64,000 bases of DNA from an uncultured Aliarcobacter sp. (GTDB taxonomy: Bacteria > Campylobacterota > Campylobacteria > Campylobacterales > Arcobacteraceae): positions 704,001-768,000 of the forward strand of contig OY781945.1 in the NCBI GenBank assembly GCA_963677435.1. Direction: 5' to 3'. The notes beneath the pieces were generated by a model. The model was not told the DNA's origin. It did not search any database and worked only from the letters and a program-made list of their open reading frames with translations. Shown here piece by piece: positions 9,282-18,357 of the stretch (its first letter is position 1; each line of letters opens with the position of its first letter). The translations under genes were made by a program, and so were the position numbers.

Positions 9282-10246
9282 TGAATAAAACTACAATTAT
9301 TGCTACACTATTTATAGTTGTTATGGCAGTTTTCCCATTTTTAGTTGATTCTGCATGGTTAAGTATTGGTATTACATTTTTAGTATTTGCAGTTGTTGCT
9401 TTTTCTCAAGATATTATTTTAGGACGAGCTGGTATTTTTAATATGGGACATGCAATATTCTTTGGAATGGGTGCATATACAACGGCAATATTAAATACGC
9501 AATTTGGATTTGAAATTATTGAAACAGTTCCTTTTGCTATTTTAATTCCTGTTGTTTTCTCAATTTTACTTGCAGGTCCAATTATTCACTTAAGAGGTGA
9601 TTATTTATTAGTTGCAACTATTGGATTTAATATTATTTTTGAACAAGTATTATCTAATGATATATTTGGACTAACTGGTGGTCCAAATGGTATTTTTGGA
9701 ATAGATGTTGTTAGAGTTTTTGGTTATGAATTATATAGTGATACTTCAATTTATTATATAGCTTTTGGATTATTAATTATTACTTTATTTATTATTAGAA
9801 ATTTAGATACTTCAAAATATGGAAGAGCTTTATATTATATAAATAAAAATGAGATTGCTGCAAAATCTATGGGAATTAATATCTCATATTACAAACTTTT
9901 TGCCTTTGCTTTAGGAGCTGCAATTGCTGGTGCTGCTGGATGTGTTTTTGCTATTCAGTATTCAGCTGTAAGTCCTGAGTCATTTAACTTTATGCAATCA
10001 GTTATGTTCTTTGCAATTGTTTTAGTTGGTGGATCTGCTTCACTTCCTGGAATTATTATAGGAACATTTGTAATGTTTGTATTACCTGAATTATTTACAG
10101 AGTTTAAAGAATCAAGATATTTAATTTTTGGTGCAGCGATGGTATTAACAATGATTTTGAGACCAAATGGTGTTTGGCCAGCTACTTTTGGAAATATTCC
10201 AAGATTCTTAAAAAAGAAAGCAAAAAAAGTGGAGGAATCAAAATAA
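9281..10246 (+). CDS. livM: Liv-type ABC permease
   Basis: GHAIFFGMGAY, LRGDYL, TGGPNGI, NEIAAKSMGIN. Confidence 0.93.
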   Translation: MNKTTIIATLFIVVMAVFPFLVDSAWLSIGITFLVFAVVAFSQDIILGRAGIFNMGHAIFFGMGAYTTAILNTQFGFEIIETVPFAILIPVVFSILLAGPIIHLRGDYLLVATIGFNIIFEQVLSNDIFGLTGGPNGIFGIDVVRVFGYELYSDTSIYYIAFGLLIITLFIIRNLDTSKYGRALYYINKNEIAAKSMGINISYYKLFAFALGAAIAGAAGCVFAIQYSAVSPESFNFMQSVMFFAIVLVGGSASLPGIIIGTFVMFVLPELFTEFKESRYLIFGAAMVLTMILRPNGVWPATFGNIPRFLKKKAKKVEESK

Positions 10247-11022
10247 TGAAATATGTATTAGAGATTGAAAATGTTTCAAAATTTTTCCATGGTTTAGTTG
10301 CAATTGATGATTTAACAATCAAAGTAAAACCTGGTCAAATATATGGAATTATTGGCCCAAATGGAGCGGGTAAAACTACACTTTTTAACTGTGTAACTGG
10401 TATTTATACTCCTGAGCAAGGAACTATAAAATACAAAGGTGAAAATATTACAGGAATGGAACCTCATAAAATTGCCCAAAGGGGAGTTTTAAGAACATTT
10501 CAAAATATTAGACTTTTTAAAGAAATGAGTGTTGCTGAAAATATAATTGCTGGATGTCATACAAAATCAAATCAAAAATGGTATCACTCAATTATTCACA
10601 CACCTTTTTATAAAAAAGATGAATTAAAACAGTGGAAAAAAGTTGAAGAATTAATGGAATTTTTTGGAATAAGCAAATTTGCAGCAACTCCTGCTGGAGA
10701 TTTATCTTATGGTAATCAAAGAAAAGTTGAAATGGCAAGAGCCCTAGCAGCTGATCCTGAAATTTTAATCTTAGATGAACCAGCAGCTGGACTTAATGAA
10801 AATGAGACAATAGAACTTACAAATATCATTTTAAAAATAAAAGAAAGAGGTCTTGGTATTATGATGATTGAACATGATATGGAAATGGTTATGAAATTAA
10901 CTGACTATATTACTGTTATTAACTTTGGAAAAGAGATTTCACAAGGTGTTCCAGAATTTGTTCAAGATGACCCAAGAGTAATTGAAGCATATATTGGAAC
11001 AGATGATGAGGAGGATGAATAA
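10246..11022 (+). CDS. livG: Liv-type ABC ATPase
   Basis: GPNGAGKTT, RTFQNIRLF, LSYGNQR, LDEPAAGL; real start ATG 10246 coupled to the livM stop. Confidence 0.95.
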   Translation: MKYVLEIENVSKFFHGLVAIDDLTIKVKPGQIYGIIGPNGAGKTTLFNCVTGIYTPEQGTIKYKGENITGMEPHKIAQRGVLRTFQNIRLFKEMSVAENIIAGCHTKSNQKWYHSIIHTPFYKKDELKQWKKVEELMEFFGISKFAATPAGDLSYGNQRKVEMARALAADPEILILDEPAAGLNENETIELTNIILKIKERGLGIMMIEHDMEMVMKLTDYITVINFGKEISQGVPEFVQDDPRVIEAYIGTDDEEDE

Positions 11023-11744
11023 TGACAAATAATGAAGTATTATTAGAAGTAAGAGACCTTCATGTTTCATATGGAGCAATATCAGCTATAAAAGGAATTT
11101 CTTTAAAAGTTTTAAAAGGTGAAGTTGTAACAATTCTTGGTGCAAATGGTGCAGGGAAAACTACAACTTTACAAACAATTTCTGGACTTTTAAAACCAAA
11201 ATCAGGAAATATTATTTTTGATAAAAATGATATTACTAAATGTGAAGCACATGATATAGTGGCTCTTGGAATGTCTCATTCTCCAGAAGGTAGAAGGGTT
11301 TTTGGAACATTAACAGTTGAAGAAAATCTTATGATGGGCGCTTACACATTAAAAGATCATGATAAAGAGACTTTAGAGTGGATTTATGACATTTTACCAA
11401 GACTTAAAGAGAGAAAAAAACAATTTGCAGGAACACTTTCAGGTGGTGAGCAACAAATGCTTGCAATTGGAAGAGCAATTATGTCTAAACCCAAACTTTT
11501 AATTTTGGATGAACCATCACTGGGATTAGCTCCAATTTTGATAAAAGCAATTTTTAAAGCAGTAAAAGAGATTGCTCAAAGTGGAGTTACAGTTTTATTG
11601 GTAGAGCAAAATGCAAAAGCTGCTTTAAAATTAGCAGATAGAGCATATGTATTAGAAGTAGGAAAAATCACACATGAAGGAACAGCGGAAGAATTACTAA
11701 ACTCTAAAACCATTCAAGAAGCCTATTTAGGTAAAAAGCATTAA
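11022..11744 (+). CDS. livF: Liv-type ABC ATPase
   Basis: GANGAGKTT, PEGRRVF, LSGGEQQMLAIGRA, LDEPSLGLAP. Confidence 0.96.
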   Translation: MTNNEVLLEVRDLHVSYGAISAIKGISLKVLKGEVVTILGANGAGKTTTLQTISGLLKPKSGNIIFDKNDITKCEAHDIVALGMSHSPEGRRVFGTLTVEENLMMGAYTLKDHDKETLEWIYDILPRLKERKKQFAGTLSGGEQQMLAIGRAIMSKPKLLILDEPSLGLAPILIKAIFKAVKEIAQSGVTVLLVEQNAKAALKLADRAYVLEVGKITHEGTAEELLNSKTIQEAYLGKKH

Positions 11745-11767
11745 GAACAAAAAAGAGAATAAGTATA

Positions 11768-11840
11768 AAGTAGCAAGAGGGGTGTAACTTGGCGGTTTCC
11801 CCTCTATTGACACATATAAAGCGTGCGTCTTAAGCTACTT
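11768..11840 (+). promoter_or_regulatory. Structured livF-putA intergenic element
   Basis: AAGTAGC/GCTACTT outer stem and AGAGGGG/CCCCTCT inner stem; GC-rich relative to its surroundings. Confidence 0.45.
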
Positions 11841-11879
11841 AAAATTTGGTTAATATTTAATTAATTTTAAGGATAGTAT

Positions 11880-14800
11880 ATGAAAAATGAAGTAGAAATT
11901 ATAAATTCAGCAATAAGTCTTGCTGAAAAATGGCAAAACAGAGCAACTGAACTAGTTAGTGATTGGGATAGAGAATTCTATGTAAAAATGAATAAAATGC
12001 TTGAACATCCAAAAGATAAAGCACTTTTAATTGAGTTAATGGATCAATGTTTTAGATGTGATTCAAACGCAAGGGTTGCTGATCAAATTATTTTTCTTTT
12101 AGAGAAACATGGTATGGCTCATTTCTTTACAACAAAAGATAAAACACTATTATGGTTATTTACTAATTTTGGTAAATTCTTACCAAATTTATCTGTTCCT
12201 ATGTTTGTAAATCAAATAAGAGAAGATACTAAAACAGTAGTTATTAAAGGTGAAGAAGAACCATTTAACAAACACTTAGTAATGAGAAAAAAAGAGGGAA
12301 CTAGAGTAAATATCAATCTTATTGGTGAAGTTGTTCTTGGAGAAGAAGAAGCAGCAGAAAGAATGGAAAAATATTTAAAAGCTTTATCTAATCCAAATAT
12401 TGACTATATTTCTATTAAGATTTCAACTATTTATTCTCAAATTAATGCTTTAAATTTTGAGCATACAGTTCAAGTACTTGTTGAAAAATTATCTAAAATT
12501 TATGCACAAGCACAAAAATATCCTTATATCGCACCAGATGGAACAAAATCAAATAAATTTATAAACCTTGATATGGAAGAGTATAGAGATTTAGCTATTA
12601 CTGTTGAAGTATTTAAAAGAACTTTAGATAAACCAGAATTCAAAGATTTTTATGCAGGTATTGTTTTACAAGCATATTTACCAGACTCATTTAATTGGCA
12701 AAAAGATTTATGCGAATGGGCAAAACAAAGAGTTGCTAATGGTGGAAGCCCTATCAAGTTTAGACTTGTAAAAGGTGCTAATATGGAGATGGAAGAGACA
12801 GAAGCTAGTCAAAAACATTGGGAAATGGTAACATATACAGATAAAAGTGATACAGATTCAAACTATAAAAGAATGGCAAGATATGCATTACAAGCTGAAA
12901 ATGCTAAATATATGCACATAGGAACAGCTTCTCATAACTTATTTGAATTAGCATATGCAACGACATTAGCAGCAGAAAATGGAACTAGTCAATATCATAC
13001 TTTAGAGATGTTAGAAGGAATGAGTGAAGCTGCTAGATTAGCAATTAAAGAGATTTCAAAATCTGTAATTTTATATGCTCCAACTGCATCAAAAGAACAA
13101 TTTACAAATGCTATTGCATATTTAGTAAGAAGACTTGATGAAAATACTGGTCCAAATAACTTTATCAGATATTCATTTGGTTTAAAAGTTGGTTCATCTG
13201 ATTGGAAAATGCAAAAAGAGTTATTTCTAAAATCTTTTGAAAATGAAAAAACTTCATTTGTAGGTGCAAAAAGAAAACAAAACAGACTTGAAGAAAAATG
13301 GGATAATTTCTCAAATTCATCTTATGATACAAAACATTATCATGCAGAAGCTGACACAGATTTCGTATTACCTTCTAACCAAGAATGGGCTAGAAATATT
13401 GTAAAAAAATGGAAGTTCACAAAAGATACTGTTCATTTTATTACTCCAATCGTAATTGCAGGATTAGATATAACTGAAGATAGAAAAATTGTTGAAGCGA
13501 TTGATAAATCACAATTAAAAGAGGGTGTTCTAGCTGGAAAGTTTGCAAATGCAAATGCTGAAGATATTAAAAAAGCAGTTGAAGTTGCAAAGGCTGATGT
13601 TGATGGATGGAGAAGTTTAACTCATGCACAAAGACATGAAGCATTAAAAAAAGTTGCTATAAAAGTAAGAGAGAGAAGAGATGATTTAATTGGAGTGGCA
13701 GCAGCTGAGGTTGGTAAAGTATTTACAGAAACTGATGTTGAAGTAAGTGAAGCAGTTGATTTCTTAGAATTCTATCCATATAGTGCCCATCATTTTGAAA
13801 AATATGAGAATTTAGAATTTAGTGGAAAAGGTGTTGGGGTTGTTGTTCCTCCTTGGAATTTCCCTGTTGCTATTCCTTTAGGTGGAATTGCCGCTACTTT
13901 AGCTGCTGGTAATACAGTTATTATCAAACCTGCTTCTGTTGCAGCACTTACAGCATACGAGATGTGTAAATGTTTCTGGGATGCAGGTATTTCTAAAAAT
14001 GTACTTCAATTTGTTCCTTGTCCAGGAGCACTTGCAGGTGAGCATTTAATTGCAAATAAAGATGTAGATTTTGTTATTTTAACTGGTGGTGAAGATACAG
14101 CAGCAACGATGTTAAAAACAAGACCTGATTTAATGTTAACAGCAGAAACTGGTGGAAAAGATGCAACAATAGTAACAAATATGGCAGATAGAGAACAAGC
14201 AGTTAAAAATGTATGTCAAAGTGCATTTGCTAACTCAGGTCAAAAATGTAGTGCTACTTCACTTTTAGTTTTAGAAGAAGAAGTTTACAATGATGAAGGA
14301 TTTAAAAAAGCATTAATTGATACAGCTGCTTCTATGAGTGTTGGATCTGTTTGGGATTTTAAAAATAGAATTGGTACTTTAGCAAATAAAGTTTCTGGAA
14401 ATCTTGAAAAAGCGATTAAAACATTAGAAAAAAATGAATCATGGCTATTAGCTCCTTCTTATGCTGAAGATAATGAATATATGTTAAAACCTGCAATTAA
14501 ATGGGGCGTAAGTGAAGGAAATTTTATTCATATGAACGAACTTTTTGGACCAGTACTAGCAGTTATTAAAGCAAGAGATTTAGCTCATGCTGTAAAAATT
14601 GTAAATGATACAGGATATGGTTTAACTTCTGGAATTGAATCACTTGATGAAAGAGAAGTAACATATTGGAAAGAAAACTTAAAAGCAGGAAATCTATATA
14701 TTAATAGAGGAACAACAGGAGCTATTGTATTAAGACAACCATTTGGTGGAATGGGTAAATCTGCAATTGGTGCAGGAAGAAAAGTTGGTATTTTCAATTA

Positions 14801-15449
14801 CATTACACAATTTGTTGATTTTAAAGAAAAATCAGCTCCAAAAGTAACTAAAAAATATAACAATGATTTAACAAGATTAATTGAAAATTATAAAAAATCT
14901 TCTAATAATAAAGAAGAGTTTGAGAAACTTGAAATTGCATTACAATCATATTTAGAAAACTTTGAGAATGAATTCTCTCAATCTAAAGATTATGCAAATG
15001 TAAGAGGTGAAGATAATCACTTTAAATATTTACCTTTAAAAAATGTTTTAATTAGAGTAACTTCAGGTGATACTATTTTTGAAGCTGTTTCAAGAATCTT
15101 AGCAGCGAAAGTTTCAGGGGTTCATTTTAAAGTTTCTATAAATAACAATGAAGAAGTAAAATCATTTTTAAATAGTGCAAAAGAGTTATTCTCTCCAAGA
15201 GATACTTTAATAGAACAAAGTGATGAAGAACTTATTACATCTATTTCAAGATACGATAGAGTACTTTATTCAGATATTTCAAAAGTACCTGCAATTGTAT
15301 TTGAATCAGCAGCTTCAACATTGACTTTTATAGTAAGAGCAAAACCTATGATGGAAGGAAGAATAGAATTACTTAACTACTTCATCGAACAATCAATTTC
15401 TCACTCTTTCCATAGATATGGAAATATTGGTGCAAGAGGAATAAAATAA
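11880..15449 (+). CDS. putA: Bifunctional proline dehydrogenase / P5C dehydrogenase
   Basis: INLDMEEY, GIVLQAY, RLVKGAN, YLVRRLDEN; ALDH part PWNFP, AETGGK, NSGQKCSA, ELFGP, QPFGG. No N-terminal RHH domain. Confidence 0.97.
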   Translation: MKNEVEIINSAISLAEKWQNRATELVSDWDREFYVKMNKMLEHPKDKALLIELMDQCFRCDSNARVADQIIFLLEKHGMAHFFTTKDKTLLWLFTNFGKFLPNLSVPMFVNQIREDTKTVVIKGEEEPFNKHLVMRKKEGTRVNINLIGEVVLGEEEAAERMEKYLKALSNPNIDYISIKISTIYSQINALNFEHTVQVLVEKLSKIYAQAQKYPYIAPDGTKSNKFINLDMEEYRDLAITVEVFKRTLDKPEFKDFYAGIVLQAYLPDSFNWQKDLCEWAKQRVANGGSPIKFRLVKGANMEMEETEASQKHWEMVTYTDKSDTDSNYKRMARYALQAENAKYMHIGTASHNLFELAYATTLAAENGTSQYHTLEMLEGMSEAARLAIKEISKSVILYAPTASKEQFTNAIAYLVRRLDENTGPNNFIRYSFGLKVGSSDWKMQKELFLKSFENEKTSFVGAKRKQNRLEEKWDNFSNSSYDTKHYHAEADTDFVLPSNQEWARNIVKKWKFTKDTVHFITPIVIAGLDITEDRKIVEAIDKSQLKEGVLAGKFANANAEDIKKAVEVAKADVDGWRSLTHAQRHEALKKVAIKVRERRDDLIGVAAAEVGKVFTETDVEVSEAVDFLEFYPYSAHHFEKYENLEFSGKGVGVVVPPWNFPVAIPLGGIAATLAAGNTVIIKPASVAALTAYEMCKCFWDAGISKNVLQFVPCPGALAGEHLIANKDVDFVILTGGEDTAATMLKTRPDLMLTAETGGKDATIVTNMADREQAVKNVCQSAFANSGQKCSATSLLVLEEEVYNDEGFKKALIDTAASMSVGSVWDFKNRIGTLANKVSGNLEKAIKTLEKNESWLLAPSYAEDNEYMLKPAIKWGVSEGNFIHMNELFGPVLAVIKARDLAHAVKIVNDTGYGLTSGIESLDEREVTYWKENLKAGNLYINRGTTGAIVLRQPFGGMGKSAIGAGRKVGIFNYITQFVDFKEKSAPKVTKKYNNDLTRLIENYKKSSNNKEEFEKLEIALQSYLENFENEFSQSKDYANVRGEDNHFKYLPLKNVLIRVTSGDTIFEAVSRILAAKVSGVHFKVSINNNEEVKSFLNSAKELFSPRDTLIEQSDEELITSISRYDRVLYSDISKVPAIVFESAASTLTFIVRAKPMMEGRIELLNYFIEQSISHSFHRYGNIGARGIK

Positions 15450-15469
15450 GAAGTTTAACTTCTTATTTT
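15443..15469 (+). terminator. Hairpin after putA
   Basis: AAAATAAGAAGTTTAACTTCTTATTTT inverted repeat. Confidence 0.5.
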
Positions 15470-15484
15470 ATATATAGGAAATAA

Positions 15485-16351
15485 ATGTCTAATAAAACTA
15501 AAGCTACCTTACTTGTAATAGTTTGCATTATATTTTGGGCGATGATACCCGTAGTTGCAAAATTAGCTCAAGTGTCACTAGATAATCATCAATTTTTATT
15601 TTGGTCAAGTTTAATATCATTTATTTGTTTATTTTCAACAGCTATTATAAAAAAGAAAATTGAATTTATCAAAAGCTATAGTTTTAATGATTGGCTTGTA
15701 TTAATAACTTTAGGTTTATTAGGGACATATATTTATTATCTATTTCTATATTTAGGATATAAAGAAGCTAAGGGTTTAGAAGTACTTGTAATTCAATATA
15801 CATGGCCTATATCAATAGTATTTTTGTCTTTATTTATTTTAAATGAGAGATTAACAATACAAAAAAGCATATCAATAATTTTAGGTTTTGTAGGAGTTCT
15901 TTTTGTTTTAACAAAAGGTAATTTTTCACAAATCCATTTAGATAATATCTATGTAATTTTATTAGTTTTTTTAGGAGCAAGTTCATTTGCCCTTTTTTCA
16001 GTTTTAAGTAAAAAAGTAAAATATGAACCTATTGGTGCAATTAGTATCTATTTCTTAAGTGCAACAATAGCTTCATTTTTCTCTATGAACTATTTTTCTA
16101 GTTTTGCAATTCCCACATCAAATGAGTTATTACCAATATTATTAAATGGAATTATAATAAATGGCTTTTCATATTTGTTTTGGATAAATGCCTTACGATT
16201 AACCCAAGCATCTTACTTAGCACCATTTACTTTTTTAACACCAATATTATCAGCTGTGTATTTAATTGTAATTTTCAATGAACCAATACAAACAGCATAT
16301 ATTATTGGCTTGGTTTTTGTAGTAATAGCTGGATTAGTTAATAGTTTTTAA
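15485..16351 (+). CDS. DMT/EamA family transporter
   Basis: FWAMIPVVAK, IQYTWPI; about 10 TM segments. Confidence 0.9.
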   Translation: MSNKTKATLLVIVCIIFWAMIPVVAKLAQVSLDNHQFLFWSSLISFICLFSTAIIKKKIEFIKSYSFNDWLVLITLGLLGTYIYYLFLYLGYKEAKGLEVLVIQYTWPISIVFLSLFILNERLTIQKSISIILGFVGVLFVLTKGNFSQIHLDNIYVILLVFLGASSFALFSVLSKKVKYEPIGAISIYFLSATIASFFSMNYFSSFAIPTSNELLPILLNGIIINGFSYLFWINALRLTQASYLAPFTFLTPILSAVYLIVIFNEPIQTAYIIGLVFVVIAGLVNSF

Positions 16352-16410
16352 GACTACTTTTCACGCACTTTTTAGTGATATGATTCGGAATTAAAAAAAT
16401 AGGATTAAAA

Positions 16411-18123
16411 ATGACAACAGGAATCTTAGTATTCTTATTTTTTATCATTGTTATACTTGCATGGTATATACATGATAAATATGTACAAAGAAAACACCAA
16501 ATATTAGTAAATTATCCAATAATTGGAAGACTAAGATTTGTTTTTCAAGAGTTTAGAGAACCATTTAGACAATACTTTGGTGATGAAAAGTTTTATGAAT
16601 CAATGGATAAATTAGAGTGGGTTTATAGTGCTTCAAGGGATAAAATTAATTACTCTTCGTTTTCTCCATCACAGCCTTTACCAAAACCAAAATTTATGTT
16701 AAGACATACAACTATTGTATTAAATGATGATGAGGTTGATAATGACTTTTCTGTTGTATTTGGTGAAAAAAGAGGAAAACCATTTAAAACATCTTCTATA
16801 ATTGCAAGAGCTCCTATGAGTGATGGATCTATTTCTCCTGAGGGAACAAGAGCTTTTGTTCAAGGTTCACAAATGGGAAAATTCCCTATAAATAGTGGTG
16901 AAGGTGGATTAACATCAAACTTTTTTGTTACTCATAATAACTATACTGATAAATATATGACAGAAGTTATAGGTAATAATTTTCAACAAAAAATTTTTCA
17001 ACTTTCAAAGTTTTTCTTTAATGTTCCAGTTGCCGTTGATATTTATAGAAAATTAGTTTTTAAAAAGGATCCTTTAAAAGATACTTATGTATTTAACAAA
17101 AAAAATGAATCTTTTTATAGACCAAATTGGGATGCACCATTAGAAAATTTTCCTGAAGAAGTTCCATCTGATATGCCTGAAATTATTTTACAAATTAGTT
17201 CAGGACTTTATGGTGTAAGAACTAAAGATGGAAAGTTTGATATTGAAAGATATAAAAAGCAGATGAGTTTTTGTAAAATGACTGAAATAAAATTAGCTCA
17301 AGGTGCAAAACAAACAGGTGGAAAATTAATTGCTCAAAAGGTGACTCCTTCTATTGGATATTATAGAAATATAGAACCATATAAAGATGCTTTTTCTCCA
17401 AATAGATTTCCATATGCAAATAGTATTGAGGAGTTATTTGATTTTATTGGTACTTTACAAGAAGCTTCACAAAAACCAGTTGGAATTAAAATTGTAATTT
17501 CTGATTATGACAATATTGTACCAATTGCTAAAGAGATAAAAAGAAGAGTTGAATTAAATTTACCATATCCAGATTATATCTCTATTGATGGAGGAAGTGG
17601 TGGAAGTGCAACAGCACCGCTTGATATGATGGAGAGAATTGGTATGGATATTAGAGATGCTTTATATCTTGTTGATAAAGTATTAAAAGATTATGGTGTT
17701 AGAGAACATGTAAAAATATCTGCAAGTGGAAAAATATTAACTCCTGATGATGTTGTTATTATTTTATGTTTAGGTGCTGATTTTGTTCAGATTGCTCGTG
17801 GATTTATGATGAGTGCTGGTTGTATTCGCGCGAGATATTGTTCTGGTGCTACAAAACATCAATGTCCAGTTGGATTAGCAACACAAGATATCAAGAAAAG
17901 AAAACACTATTTTGTAGCTAAACATTCAGACTATGTAAAAAACTATCATAATAATGTTTTAAAAAGTATGAAAAGTTTATTAGCCGTTATGGGATTAAAA
18001 AATGTAAAAGAGTTAACTAAGGAGAAATTGATTTTTCTTGATATTGATTCAATTATTCATGATGATATGGATGCTTTATTTGAAAGAAGGATATTAAAAA
18101 AAGAAAAAATAATTAAACAGTAA
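16411..18123 (+). CDS. FMN-binding glutamate synthase family protein
   Basis: NYPIIGRLR, NSGEGGL, EIKLAQGAK, IDGGSGG, ARGFM..GCI.A..C...CPVGLATQD. Confidence 0.92.
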   Translation: MTTGILVFLFFIIVILAWYIHDKYVQRKHQILVNYPIIGRLRFVFQEFREPFRQYFGDEKFYESMDKLEWVYSASRDKINYSSFSPSQPLPKPKFMLRHTTIVLNDDEVDNDFSVVFGEKRGKPFKTSSIIARAPMSDGSISPEGTRAFVQGSQMGKFPINSGEGGLTSNFFVTHNNYTDKYMTEVIGNNFQQKIFQLSKFFFNVPVAVDIYRKLVFKKDPLKDTYVFNKKNESFYRPNWDAPLENFPEEVPSDMPEIILQISSGLYGVRTKDGKFDIERYKKQMSFCKMTEIKLAQGAKQTGGKLIAQKVTPSIGYYRNIEPYKDAFSPNRFPYANSIEELFDFIGTLQEASQKPVGIKIVISDYDNIVPIAKEIKRRVELNLPYPDYISIDGGSGGSATAPLDMMERIGMDIRDALYLVDKVLKDYGVREHVKISASGKILTPDDVVIILCLGADFVQIARGFMMSAGCIRARYCSGATKHQCPVGLATQDIKKRKHYFVAKHSDYVKNYHNNVLKSMKSLLAVMGLKNVKELTKEKLIFLDIDSIIHDDMDALFERRILKKEKIIKQ

Positions 18124-18124
18124 A

Positions 18125-18216
18125 TTTATATTTACTGGCGAGCAGGTATAAATGCAAATTACCCCATTTGCCTCCTTTAGTATCCCAAAATACCTGCTCA
18201 CCAGTGAATATATAAA
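18125..18216. ncRNA. Candidate structured sRNA (long terminal duplex, C-rich loops)
   Basis: 23-bp arms at 18127-18149 and 18190-18212 enclose the hairpin GCAAAT-TACCCC-ATTTGC and the sequence CCTCCTTT. Confidence 0.45.
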
Positions 18217-18357
18217 GATAAGATTATTATGTTTTAGAACAAATAATAAAACAATAAAATTCAAGATATATTATTAAATAAATTTTGTATAGAAAATGAT
18301 ACCATCTTTGTATTATTACTTGTTATAATTAGATAAACATTCCACAAAAGGCTTTTC

